Source: an uncultured Fibrobacterota bacterium
GTDB lineage: Bacteria > Fibrobacterota > Chitinivibrionia > Chitinivibrionales > FEN-1185
DNA: 64,000 bases
Direction: 5' to 3'
Assembly: GCA_963729895.1 (NCBI GenBank)
Contig: CAVSQB010000005.1
Span: 64,001 to 128,000, forward strand
Under the pieces are notes generated by a model. It made no database searches. It had not been told where the DNA came from and saw only the letters and a program-made list of their open reading frames with translations. A program made the translations under genes and the position numbers. The first letter of the stretch is position 1. Every line of letters begins with the position of its first letter. Below are positions 28,603 through 37,758 of this stretch, piece after piece.

Positions 28603-29721
28603 ATGCGAAAGGGAATACCTGTGGTGTTGGTTATGTTCTTGGTCTTATTGACCTGCGTATTCGTTCTTATGGGTGCGATGCTGCTTTACAGTCAGGGAAA
28701 ACCCAAACCATTCCTGGATGCAAGTTGGAATCCGCTGGCGGGCAGCATTTCGGAAAAGATCCATGTCAACATCAATGGCATTGAGCAGGGGATGTTTATC
28801 AAGAGTAAAGATGCAACGCATCCGGTGCTGCTTTTCCTTCACGGGGGTATGCCGGAGTATTTCCTCACTCAGCGTTACCCTACAGGTCTCGAGGACTATT
28901 TCACCGTGGTCTGGTGGGAACAGCGTGGCTCAGGACTCTCCTACGGTGCCGGCATTCGACCCGCGACGATGACGCTGGAGCAAATGATATCCGACACAAA
29001 GGAGGTAACAAACTATCTTCGCAAGCGATTTGGAAAAGAAAAGGTTTACCTCATGGGACATTCACATGGTACGTTCATTGGGATACAAGCGGCTGCACAA
29101 GCGCCGGAGCTGTATTACGCCTATATTGGCGTGGCCCAGATGTCGTGTCAGCAGGAATCTGAACGTCTGGCGTACGAATACATGCTCAGGCGGTTCAAAG
29201 AATGTGGGAATAAAGAAATGGTCCGGAAACTTGAGGCGGCGCCGGTCACTATGGCGGGCGGTACGCCGGATGCGTACCTTGAATTACGTGACCGGGCGAT
29301 GCACAGTCTTGGCATCGGGACAATGCACCACATGAACTCGGTGGTCACAGGCATCTTCTTGCCTTCGTTGACATTCCGAGAGTACACGTTGCTTGAAAAA
29401 GTCAATTTGTGGCGCGGCAAGGCAAGCTCCGGGGTCAGCGTATTGTGGAGCAAGATGCTGGCAACCGATCTTTCCAAACAGGTCCCGGAACTTAAAATCC
29501 CCGTCTATTTCTTTGAGGGAATACACGACTACACGTGCTCCTACGCCGGGGCGAAATCCTATTTTAAAAAGCTAAAGGCGCCTGTAAAAGCCTTCTATAC
29601 CTTTCAACAATCAGCTCACAGTCCGATGTTCGAGGAGCCGGCAAAAGTGCAACAGGTCTTGAGGGAGGATGTTCTGACTGGAAGAACCGGTCTTTCGGAT
29701 ACAATGAGACAAGCTGATTAG
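28603..29721 (+). CDS. Membrane-anchored alpha/beta hydrolase (proline iminopeptidase-like)
   Basis: N-terminal TM, LHGG, EQRGSG, GHSHG and SAHSP. Confidence 0.9.
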   Translation: MRKGIPVVLVMFLVLLTCVFVLMGAMLLYSQGKPKPFLDASWNPLAGSISEKIHVNINGIEQGMFIKSKDATHPVLLFLHGGMPEYFLTQRYPTGLEDYFTVVWWEQRGSGLSYGAGIRPATMTLEQMISDTKEVTNYLRKRFGKEKVYLMGHSHGTFIGIQAAAQAPELYYAYIGVAQMSCQQESERLAYEYMLRRFKECGNKEMVRKLEAAPVTMAGGTPDAYLELRDRAMHSLGIGTMHHMNSVVTGIFLPSLTFREYTLLEKVNLWRGKASSGVSVLWSKMLATDLSKQVPELKIPVYFFEGIHDYTCSYAGAKSYFKKLKAPVKAFYTFQQSAHSPMFEEPAKVQQVLREDVLTGRTGLSDTMRQAD

Positions 29722-29728
29722 AATCATC

Positions 29729-29779
29729 ACGGTCTTGAAACAGGCAGAGTTGATAGGGGGGACGAGCAGAGGGAAATAG
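29729..29779 (+). pseudogene. hsdR 3' tail remnant, copy 2
   Basis: Translates [16 protein letters not shown]. Confidence 0.7.
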
Positions 29780-29850
29780 AAACTTGGTTTTATTTGCTCA
29801 TAGTTCTGCGCGAATGTTATATAATTTGGTAAATTAAAGCGGGGCGTCAA

Positions 29851-30795
29851 ATGAAAACACTTAAATACAAACTCAAGCTTGAAGGTCTGGATTCTCCCTC
29901 GGGAACGATTTCAACCCGCGAATTATCCACGTTCCTCGATCAATTCACCCAGTGCGCGGAGCGCGGTTTGCGCCTGGCGATTGAAGGTCAAAGTTCCAAA
30001 ACCGGCCCTGCTCCCAAATGGCTTGCAAAGGCGACAGACTTTGTCTTTACAGGGCTTCAAAAGGGATCTACGGTACTCAAGATCGAAGCGCCTTATCTGA
30101 AGGATGCGATTCCCGATCAGGCAGTTCAGCAAGACATATGGGGCAGTCCGCCTGAGCCTGGAGATACCGCAATTTCCTTTGTTTCCCGTTCGGTCCGGGA
30201 CACATCTACGGAGAACCTCGAAAGCGATTACTACGACTCCGGAGTCCTCATGAGCTTCTTGGCTATGAGGCCGTTTCTCGCAGAGCATGCGAAGAGCATC
30301 AAGATTAGTTGCGAAGAAAACAAGAATGAGGATTTCTCAATTGACATGCCGACAATTGAAAAGGTGGAAAAACTCAAAATAAAAATTCCCGAACCTCAGG
30401 CATTCATGTTGACCGGGATCCTTGAAGAAGTCGCTTACAGCCGTAAACGATTTCGTCTCGACATGGCGGATGGTCAGGTCATTCAAGGCCAAATAGACCA
30501 GGAGTTCCTTGACGTCGAAGACCTGCGGCGTCTCTGGGGCAAAAAGGTGACCATAAAAGGTACCGTCAGCTACAAGCCGTCCGGCAAGGTCAGACTGCTT
30601 GAAGCGCAAATGCTCAAATTCATTGAAGAAGGGGAAGAAGTCTTCGAGACTGCGCCGGTTGTCCAGACGGAATTCGAATTTGTGCGCGAACTGACGGCCG
30701 GGGCAACTCGCCGCAACTGGCTCGATGATATCCGGGGTAAATGGCCGGGCGACGAATCTATCGATGATCTTATGGAAGAACTTGAGAACCGGTAG
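29851..30795 (+). CDS. Hypothetical protein, putative antitoxin partner of the downstream PIN toxin
   Basis: 314 aa, 5 nt before the PIN gene, with an acidic C-terminus GKWPGDESIDDLMEEL. Confidence 0.7.
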   Translation: MKTLKYKLKLEGLDSPSGTISTRELSTFLDQFTQCAERGLRLAIEGQSSKTGPAPKWLAKATDFVFTGLQKGSTVLKIEAPYLKDAIPDQAVQQDIWGSPPEPGDTAISFVSRSVRDTSTENLESDYYDSGVLMSFLAMRPFLAEHAKSIKISCEENKNEDFSIDMPTIEKVEKLKIKIPEPQAFMLTGILEEVAYSRKRFRLDMADGQVIQGQIDQEFLDVEDLRRLWGKKVTIKGTVSYKPSGKVRLLEAQMLKFIEEGEEVFETAPVVQTEFEFVRELTAGATRRNWLDDIRGKWPGDESIDDLMEELENR

Positions 30796-30800
30796 CCCTC

Positions 30801-31274
30801 ATGGCCAAATTCCTTCTTGATACAGGTGTCCTGCTTCATTATGTGCGTGGATCGACCCTTGCATTGCTTGTTGATAATCAGTACAGCCCAACCGTGCTTC
30901 CAAACTATCCCGTTGTTTCAGTTGTTTCGATAGGGGAAATGTACTCCCTTGCGGTGTGCCGTAAATGGGGTGAACAGAAAAAAGATGCCTTGAGCAAACT
31001 CCTCAGATCCATCCCCACCGTCGACATCAACAATTCGTCGGTCCTGGCGCGGTTTGCGGAAATTGATGCATATCGATTGGGTAAACATCCTGAAAAGCCT
31101 CTTCCTTCCGGAGAGTCCTCGAAAAGCATCGGTGATAATGATCTCTGGATTGCCTCAACCGCGTCAGTCCTCAAAGCGACATTGTTGACCACTGACAAGG
31201 ATTTTATGGTGTTCGACAAAGTCTTCTTCGAAGTCGTCTATCTTGATCCGGAAAAGTACAAAGAAAAACAATAA
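30801..31274 (+). CDS. PIN-domain (VapC-like) ribonuclease
   Basis: LLDT, GE, NDLWIA and LLTTDKDF acidic tetrad. Confidence 0.9.
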   Translation: MAKFLLDTGVLLHYVRGSTLALLVDNQYSPTVLPNYPVVSVVSIGEMYSLAVCRKWGEQKKDALSKLLRSIPTVDINNSSVLARFAEIDAYRLGKHPEKPLPSGESSKSIGDNDLWIASTASVLKATLLTTDKDFMVFDKVFFEVVYLDPEKYKEKQ

Positions 31275-31368
31275 CGATAGCAGACGTATGGCAAAACCCT
31301 GGTTCACCTTATCCACCTCGTCCAGAAAACAGAACAACCCCTCCTGTGAACATGAAGTCCCGAAATGC

Positions 31369-31542
31369 CAAAACGCCTCAATAGACTGGACCATCAAAGA
31401 AAGCGTAAAGGCAAAGCTGAAAGTCATCGTCAAAAGGATCCTCCGCCAGTTCGGCTACCCGCCCGACAAGCAAATGTTGGCAACCGAGACGGTGTTGAAG
31501 CAGGCGGAACTGATTGCGGGGGAGATGGCGGCAGGGGAGTAG
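31369..31542 (+). pseudogene. Type I restriction HsdR C-terminal (DUF3387) remnant, copy 3 (longest)
   Basis: [49 protein letters not shown] is the characteristic HsdR C-terminus. Confidence 0.88.
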
Positions 31543-31743
31543 CATTGCGAGAATGCCAACTTTGTTGCGTCTGCAAATGAATTGATTTGAATTCTTGTTT
31601 CGCCATCAGCGACGCCCCCGAGGCCGAAGGATTAGCCGCTCGTGCTGTCCGAACCCGGCATCTTTGATCAAACTCCAGGTTTGTTCTGCCGGGTAAGTTC
31701 ACGAGCGGCCCGCAGGCCGAGGGATCAAGGTGGCGCTGCAGGC

Positions 31744-31881
31744 GCGGCGTTCTTTGCCTACTTTCTGTCGCTGCAGACAAGGCAGACGACACAATGTCTG
31801 GTGCGAAGCACCAACTACTCTACCTTGGGGAACGGAAGTGACACAGAAAGTAGGTCTGGGTTCGGGAGTGAAGCTCCTGAC
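31744..31881. repeat. REP-like element with internal insertion
   Basis: Inverted homolog of 21631-21702, with about 68 extra bp. Confidence 0.75.
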
Positions 31882-31888
31882 TCGTACG

Positions 31889-31954
31889 CTGGCAACCGAG
31901 ACGGTCCTCAAGCAAGCGGAGTTGATAGCGGGGGAATTGGCAGGAGATAAATAG
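31889..31954 (+). pseudogene. hsdR 3' tail remnant, copy 4
   Basis: Translates [21 protein letters not shown]. Confidence 0.8.
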
Positions 31955-31956
31955 GC

Positions 31957-32039
31957 TGCCGTTGAGAATTTCGCAACCGGGTGCTACTACGGTGCGCGCT
32001 TGTGTTAATCTATTCCATATTTTCTCCCTCTCCCCGTGG
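31957..32039 (+). repeat. Internally deleted copy of repeat family R
   Basis: Joins sequence matching 35369-35397 to sequence matching 35621-35681. Confidence 0.85.
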
Positions 32040-32040
32040 C

Positions 32041-32103
32041 GACCCTTGTGACCCTTGTGACCCTTGTGACCCTTGTGACCCTTGTGACCCTTGTGACCCT
32101 TGG
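32041..32103. repeat. 9-bp tandem repeat (GACCCTTGT)x6 plus 1 imperfect copy
   Basis: Directly visible in the sequence. Confidence 0.98.
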
Positions 32104-32170
32104 GCATCCCTGACGAGGGGGAAGCGTGAAAGCAAGGTGTTTCTCAAACCAAAAGAAAGAGGAAAACCAA

Positions 32171-33106
32171 ATGTTTAAGGTTCTTGAGATTGACGGCGGC
32201 GGGATCAAAGGGATTATCGAAGCGACAATCTGTCAGAAGATTGAGGAGCAGACCGGAAAGAAGATATGCGACATTTTCCAGCTCATCACCGGAACTTCAA
32301 CCGGCGCTATTCTCGGGGGATGCCTGGCCGCAGGTGTCAAGGCAAACGACCTTGTCAATTTCTATTTGCAGGATGGTCCGAGGCTGTTCACGCGGCGTCC
32401 CGTCTGGCAACCCTGGAACTGGTTGAGACCGAAGTACGACCGTAAACCCTTTGTGGCCAAGCTGCAGGCCGTAGTAGGCGCCGCCACAACGCTTGCAGAT
32501 TGCAAGTGCGAGTTCATGGCAACATCGTTTGGGCTTTCCGCCTGCCGCACGCACTTCATCAAATCGTCCGACAAAGAAGATCGGCCTCTTTCTCTTGTCG
32601 AGGTTATCTCGTGGTCCGCGCTCTCCGCAGCGAAGTATTTCGGCCAAATTGATGCTCCTCATTTTGAATGGGATGACCTTGACCCGGCGGGAAACACAAG
32701 GCCACGCAAGGGAGAGAGCTTCCAAGACGGAGGCCAGGGCACCCAAAACTGCACTGTCGGCTATTGTCTGACGGAAATACTGGCGCGGGGAATAACGGAT
32801 GCCGGTATTCTCTCGCTCGGCACAGGCGACCAGAATCTGTACACGCCGTTTGCAAAGACAAAGAAGAGCGGGTTCATCGGCGAGATCGTTGATTACCTTA
32901 AGGGTCAGGCAAAAGAGGAATCCGCCGAAGATCAGGTGGGAGCGGCGCTGTTTATTGCCTCAGAGCGTCCCGGCATCAGGTTTTGCAGATTAAACGATAC
33001 TATCACAAAGAAAATGGATGCGCTTGACAATGTTAGGGACATCGGCACATTTCACAAAATCGGGCAGAATCTGGCGTCAAAGGTACCGGCTTGGGTGACG
33101 AAGTAG
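32171..33106 (+). CDS. Patatin-like phospholipase
   Basis: DGGGIKG, GTSTG, SAA and DGG motifs. Confidence 0.92.
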   Translation: MFKVLEIDGGGIKGIIEATICQKIEEQTGKKICDIFQLITGTSTGAILGGCLAAGVKANDLVNFYLQDGPRLFTRRPVWQPWNWLRPKYDRKPFVAKLQAVVGAATTLADCKCEFMATSFGLSACRTHFIKSSDKEDRPLSLVEVISWSALSAAKYFGQIDAPHFEWDDLDPAGNTRPRKGESFQDGGQGTQNCTVGYCLTEILARGITDAGILSLGTGDQNLYTPFAKTKKSGFIGEIVDYLKGQAKEESAEDQVGAALFIASERPGIRFCRLNDTITKKMDALDNVRDIGTFHKIGQNLASKVPAWVTK

Positions 33107-33112
33107 TTGCCT

Positions 33113-33468
33113 GGTGGTCGATTGGGCAATATCGGTCCCAATGACGGTTACGCCTACCGCGGCCGCGGCCTCCTGCAGTTGACGGGCAAGGACACCTACC
33201 ACCAGGCAACCGAAATGCTGCAGAAAAATGACTCGAGCGCGCCCGATTTGGTTGCCTCTCCAGATGAGGTTATCGGCCCGCAGTGGAGCTTGGCTGTTGC
33301 CGCGTGCATGTGGTACTCGAAGGGATGCAATGCCTTTGCGGACAAGGACAGTATATGGAGTGTAACCAAGGCGATCAATGGCGGATTGATTGGTCTCGAC
33401 GACCGAATCGAGTGGTTGAAAGGACAAAGGCTATGTGGATACAGCCGCAGGCCACAGTCGCGACGTAG
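33113..33468 (+). pseudogene. GH19 chitinase/endolysin fragment
   Basis: GRLGN, YRGRGLLQLTGK and VTKAINGG motifs. No N-terminus or RBS, and an apparent frameshift near 33420. Confidence 0.8.
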
Positions 33469-33527
33469 GTAAAGACTATCACGAACAATTTTCCGAACAT
33501 GCGAACTACATAGGTTGGAGGTCTATT

Positions 33528-35315
33528 ATGTACACCTCACTTTTTTCTCCAGAAGTTCAATCTGTCCTCGACAATGCGGAAAAGGCCGCCGGCCAAGTCG
33601 GCAAAGGCCCATTTCCCTCGCCTGCGGATTGGCGCGATCAGGTCATCTATTTTCTCATGGTGGATCGATTCAACAACCCGAAGGCTTTGCCGGTGAACAA
33701 ACCATACGATGATGCCAATTATTATGGTTATCAGGGGGGCAAATTTTCGGGGATTCAGCAGCAGCTTGGCTACATCAAGAACCTTGGCGCCGGAGCAATC
33801 TGGTTAAGCCCCGTTCTCAAGAATCTCCAATTCGATTCCGGAAGCTACCACGGCTATGGCATTCATGATTTTCTAAGGGCTGATCCCCGGTTCGCCGACA
33901 ATCCCGCCAACGCCGACGATGAGTTACGGTCCCTGGTGGACGCTGCCCACAAAACGGGTTTGTATGTTGTTTTTGACATTGTGCTTAATCACACAGGCGA
34001 TGTTTTTGCCTACAATGGCAATTCTTCAGCGCCATTTTCAAGCCAACCACAAGCAGTTCAATGGAGGGACGCGGCGGGAACAGCCCAGCCGCAATTCGGC
34101 GATGTTGAGGCGATTGCTAATCCGGATGCGGACGCGGTAGTGTGGCCCAAGGAACTCCAGAAGAATAAATATTTGCGGCGCCAGGGGCAGCCCGATCCGA
34201 ACGGGGATGACACGGTCGGCGATTTTGCCTCACTGAAGCAGATGATTACGGCCGATCCCGACCTGCAGGAATTCCTGATCCGAGCATATCAATTTGTGAT
34301 TGCCCGGTATGACATTGACGCATTCAGGATCGACACGCTCCGCTATCTCAAAGGCGATCTCGCGCGCCTTTTTGGGAATTCCATTCGTGAATTCGCACTT
34401 GCCATCGGGAAGAAGAATTTCTTCACGTTCGGCGAAGTTCTGGATGGAAATGAAGAAGCGGACATTGCCCGCTTTATTGGACGAAGCACCAGTGACTCCA
34501 ATAGTTTTGTCGGAGTGGACGCGGCATTGGACTATCCTTTGTTCAACACCTTGAAGCCCACCATCAAGGGCTTCAGTTCTCCGGAAACAGTTGTAAACAT
34601 GTATTCCGTGCGTAAACAGGTTGAACAAAACATCCTCAGTTCTCACGGCGACGCCACGCGGTTCTTCGTGACCTTCCTGGACAATCACGACATGAAGGAA
34701 CGAATTCGCTATGTTCAGCCGGGTGACGAGAACGAGTTTGACGACCAGGTTACCATGGGCATGGCGTGCCTCTATGCCATGCCGGGCATTCCATGTGTCT
34801 ATTACGGAACGGAACAGGGGCTTCACGGCAGCGGCTCGGACCCTGCTGTGCGGGAGGCGTTGTGGGGGATCAGCCAGGGGTTTCCGCAAGACAGCTTCTT
34901 CTACTCAGCACTTCAAAAGATTTCTGCTGTGCGGGTCGCCGAACCGGCCTTGCGTTATGGACGGTTCTATTTCCGTCCGGTTTCGGGCGATGGCAACAAC
35001 TTCGGCGTTTCCACGTTTCCGGCAGGGGTTTTGGCATGGTCTCGGATCCTCAATGATCAGGAAGTTGTTGTTGTCGCCAACACCGGCACTGCCCAAAGTC
35101 AGGCAGTGTATGTGATCCTGGAAATCGTTCTCAGTTCGCCTGGCGACAATCTTCGCATACTATACAGCAACAAGCCAAATCCTACCGCGCCCGGCGCGGT
35201 CAAGCCCCTCAGTCAGGTTACCGTGGCGGAGGTGGACGGCACCACCGGCTATGGCCCGCTTAACGTAACACTTGTCACTTTGCAGCCGATGGAGGTGCAG
35301 ATTCTGAAGCGATGA
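33528..35315 (+). CDS. GH13 alpha-amylase family glycosidase
   Basis: YFLMVDRF, YHGY, DIVLNH, FRIDT, FGE and FLDNHD. RBS ggagg. Confidence 0.93.
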   Translation: MYTSLFSPEVQSVLDNAEKAAGQVGKGPFPSPADWRDQVIYFLMVDRFNNPKALPVNKPYDDANYYGYQGGKFSGIQQQLGYIKNLGAGAIWLSPVLKNLQFDSGSYHGYGIHDFLRADPRFADNPANADDELRSLVDAAHKTGLYVVFDIVLNHTGDVFAYNGNSSAPFSSQPQAVQWRDAAGTAQPQFGDVEAIANPDADAVVWPKELQKNKYLRRQGQPDPNGDDTVGDFASLKQMITADPDLQEFLIRAYQFVIARYDIDAFRIDTLRYLKGDLARLFGNSIREFALAIGKKNFFTFGEVLDGNEEADIARFIGRSTSDSNSFVGVDAALDYPLFNTLKPTIKGFSSPETVVNMYSVRKQVEQNILSSHGDATRFFVTFLDNHDMKERIRYVQPGDENEFDDQVTMGMACLYAMPGIPCVYYGTEQGLHGSGSDPAVREALWGISQGFPQDSFFYSALQKISAVRVAEPALRYGRFYFRPVSGDGNNFGVSTFPAGVLAWSRILNDQEVVVVANTGTAQSQAVYVILEIVLSSPGDNLRILYSNKPNPTAPGAVKPLSQVTVAEVDGTTGYGPLNVTLVTLQPMEVQILKR

Positions 35316-35368
35316 TTTTTGGAGGGAAAATTCGCTGTATGGCTGGTGCTGCCCGGTAAGATAATGAT

Positions 35369-35753
35369 TGCCGTTGAGAATTTTGTAACCGGGTGCTCCT
35401 CTTGTGCGCCCAGCAATGTGCAAATACAATTCAAGTGCTGTTGGATAGCTGTGCCGGGTGACCCCAGAGTGGAATTGGCTGCTGGAATCCAATCCTCTGC
35501 TGTGGGGCACCCTCGAAATGCAGTCGACAAGGCCAATGAAGCAATCCGATGTTGACGAGTTGAGAAGTTGAAGAGCTGAATCGATGGCTGGGGCTCTGTG
35601 TGCAGTGGGCATTTATTAACGGGTGCTGCTACGGTGCGCGCTTGTGTTAATCTATTCCATATTTTCTCCCTCTCCCCGTGGGAGAGGGCGGGGTGAGGTT
35701 ACTCGGGCTTGCAGCGGGTACCTCCACGCTGCACACGCTCAGCAATCCATAAT
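35369..35753 (+). repeat. Right direct repeat (longest copy of family R)
   Basis: 35424-35753 matches 20488-20815, and 35369-35397 matches 31957-31985. Confidence 0.95.
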
Positions 35754-35893
35754 ATTGTCTTTATACTGCTGGTTGGACTACCCTAAAAATCTCATTAACC
35801 CTCTTTATTTTCCTCTGCGCAATTTCACAAAACTATATTTTATGAACATGGGTTGGCGAGACAGACTGCTCGTTTACCTCGAAAGGAACATGC

Positions 35894-36622
35894 ATGAATA
35901 TCCCGATAGTAGAGATGATACTGAGGTCCGGCTGGGTCGCACGTGTCATCCTGGTCATCCTTGGAGTTTTTTCCATTATCACGTGGGCAGTGATTTTCAA
36001 CAGGTTTTTTTACCTTGGCCGGGCATCAAGAGGCAACAAACTCTTCTTGCAGAAATATTCCGGGATCAAGGCGCTTGTTGAAATCGAGAAGATGGACCGG
36101 ACGCTCCTCGGCTCCCCAATCGGCCGGCTCGGGACGAAAGCCGTGGGGGAGTTCAAACGCATTCTCGACGATTCCGCAACGCACACCGGGATCCGCGACT
36201 GGTCGTTTTTTATCCAGAACCAGTTTGCCATCGCCCTGGAGCGGATAGACACGTCATTTTCCGAAATGTCCAGGCGTCTTGACAGCGGGCTGATCCTCCT
36301 TGCCATCTCGAGCAGCGTGTGCCCGTTTTTGGGGCTTCTGGGCACGGTGTGGGGCATCATGGATTCGTTTTATGAGATCGGCAACCAGGGGTCCGCGAGC
36401 CTGCCGGTGGTGGCGCCCGGCATCGCCGAGGCGCTTGTGGTGACGCTTGTGGGTCTTGCGGTTGCGATTCCCGCGGTGCTGTTCTACAATTACTTCGTGC
36501 ATCGAGTTGACAGAGTCGAAAATGAGATGGACGAGTTCAAAAGCGTCATGTTTTCACACCTGAAACGAGACATTCTCAGCGTTCTCTACCGTGACAAACA
36601 GGGAACTACACCCATCGGTTGA
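35894..36622 (+). CDS. tolQ: TolQ/ExbB proton channel
   Basis: PFLGLLGTVWGIM and VAPGIAEAL. Confidence 0.93.
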   Translation: MNIPIVEMILRSGWVARVILVILGVFSIITWAVIFNRFFYLGRASRGNKLFLQKYSGIKALVEIEKMDRTLLGSPIGRLGTKAVGEFKRILDDSATHTGIRDWSFFIQNQFAIALERIDTSFSEMSRRLDSGLILLAISSSVCPFLGLLGTVWGIMDSFYEIGNQGSASLPVVAPGIAEALVVTLVGLAVAIPAVLFYNYFVHRVDRVENEMDEFKSVMFSHLKRDILSVLYRDKQGTTPIG

Positions 36623-36649
36623 TTGTACTTCCACCGGGCCTTATGTACC

Positions 36650-37066
36650 ATGAAATCACGCCAGAGAAGAAAAGCCATTGCGGATCTCAATATCACCAAC
36701 CTGGTCGACGTGGTATTTACCCTGCTCATAATCTTCATGATCACCGCGCCCATGATGACCCAGGGAGTCCAGGTGGATCTGCCCAAAGCCGAAGCGGAAA
36801 ACGTGGAGGTAAACGATTTCATCCAGGTTTCCATCAACGGCCGGAGCGAGATCTTCATAGATCAGGAACGAATCAACCTCGTTGATTTCAAGAAACGGTT
36901 CAGGAAGGTGTTTGGGGGCCGCATCAAGACTCCTGTTTTCATCAATGCGGACAAAAAAGTTCCTTACGGCCTCGTCATACGCGTTATCGCGGATGTCCAG
37001 AACGCAGGCGTGGTGAAGCTCGGCTTTCTCACGCTGCCCGTCAAAGAAGGAGCCGGTGGGTCGTGA
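36650..37066 (+). CDS. tolR: TolR/ExbD
   Basis: NITNLVDV, LLIIFMITAP, VDLP and ADKKVPYG. Confidence 0.92.
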   Translation: MKSRQRRKAIADLNITNLVDVVFTLLIIFMITAPMMTQGVQVDLPKAEAENVEVNDFIQVSINGRSEIFIDQERINLVDFKKRFRKVFGGRIKTPVFINADKKVPYGLVIRVIADVQNAGVVKLGFLTLPVKEGAGGS

Positions 37067-37740
37067 CGGCCCTCACTGCAGCGGTCGCGCCTCCACGGGG
37101 AACCGTCCCGGCGCCGGAGATGTCGTTTATCCCGGTGGTCATCGCTTCCCTCGCATTCCATCTGGTGATCTTTGCGGGAATCCCCTTGCTTGCGCGGGTG
37201 TTGTACCATGCCGAAAAGTACGAGCGGCCGAAGACGTTTACCCTAGTAAACATGCCCAAGGCCCTGGAGCAGCCGAGAGCGGCCCAGGCCGCCCAGAAAA
37301 AACCAAAGGCCACGACGCCCGTTCCAAGCAAGTCGAGGGCGAAGCGGACGGCCAAGAACGAGGAAAAGCCCCAGGAGAAAAACGATGAGTTGAACGAGTT
37401 GCTTGATGCGATACCCAAGTCGGTGTCCGAAATCTCTCCAGGGCAGTCGTTCAAATACTCCTGGTATCTCAACAGCATCCTGTCGAAGGTAGAGGAAAAC
37501 TGGAAGCCCCCAATGGGGCTCACCGAGAAGAAGGATGCATCGGTTACCATTCGTTTCACCATATTCGCATCAGGTGAGATTTCCAAGGTCACGATCGCGG
37601 AATCGTCGGGAATTTCAACTCTCGATAACCTGGCTGTCAAAGCAGTGCAAATGGCAGCACCGTTCGGCAAGCTTCCGGTCGGATATGAGGCCGACAGGCT
37701 CGACATCAATTACGTCTTACACTATGTAAAGGGCGACTAA
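37063..37740 (+). CDS. tolA: Short TolA/TonB C-terminal domain protein
   Basis: TM with S-x3-H (SLAFH), NWKPP and SSG...D..A..AV. Position in the operon fits. Confidence 0.75.
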   Translation: MTALTAAVAPPRGTVPAPEMSFIPVVIASLAFHLVIFAGIPLLARVLYHAEKYERPKTFTLVNMPKALEQPRAAQAAQKKPKATTPVPSKSRAKRTAKNEEKPQEKNDELNELLDAIPKSVSEISPGQSFKYSWYLNSILSKVEENWKPPMGLTEKKDASVTIRFTIFASGEISKVTIAESSGISTLDNLAVKAVQMAAPFGKLPVGYEADRLDINYVLHYVKGD

Positions 37741-37758
37741 TAGAAAGGCGGGGCTGGG

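Noticed and set aside
31820..32208. ORFs with GHK, DPC or RVT repeats
   Set aside because: These are translations of the 9-bp VNTR and repeat R, with no RBS or family motif.
27263..35315. Classical integron cassette array
   Set aside because: No recognisable attC (RYYYAAC...GTTRRRY) structures between the genes and no intI.
35404..35425. Group II intron 5' end (GTGCGCCC)
   Set aside because: No domain V/VI and no reverse transcriptase in the window.
35319..35555. Repeat R as a small protein-coding gene
   Set aside because: Some differences between copies are silent in one frame, but there is no conserved start or RBS, and the minus frame has a stop in the 20488 copy. Not fully excluded.
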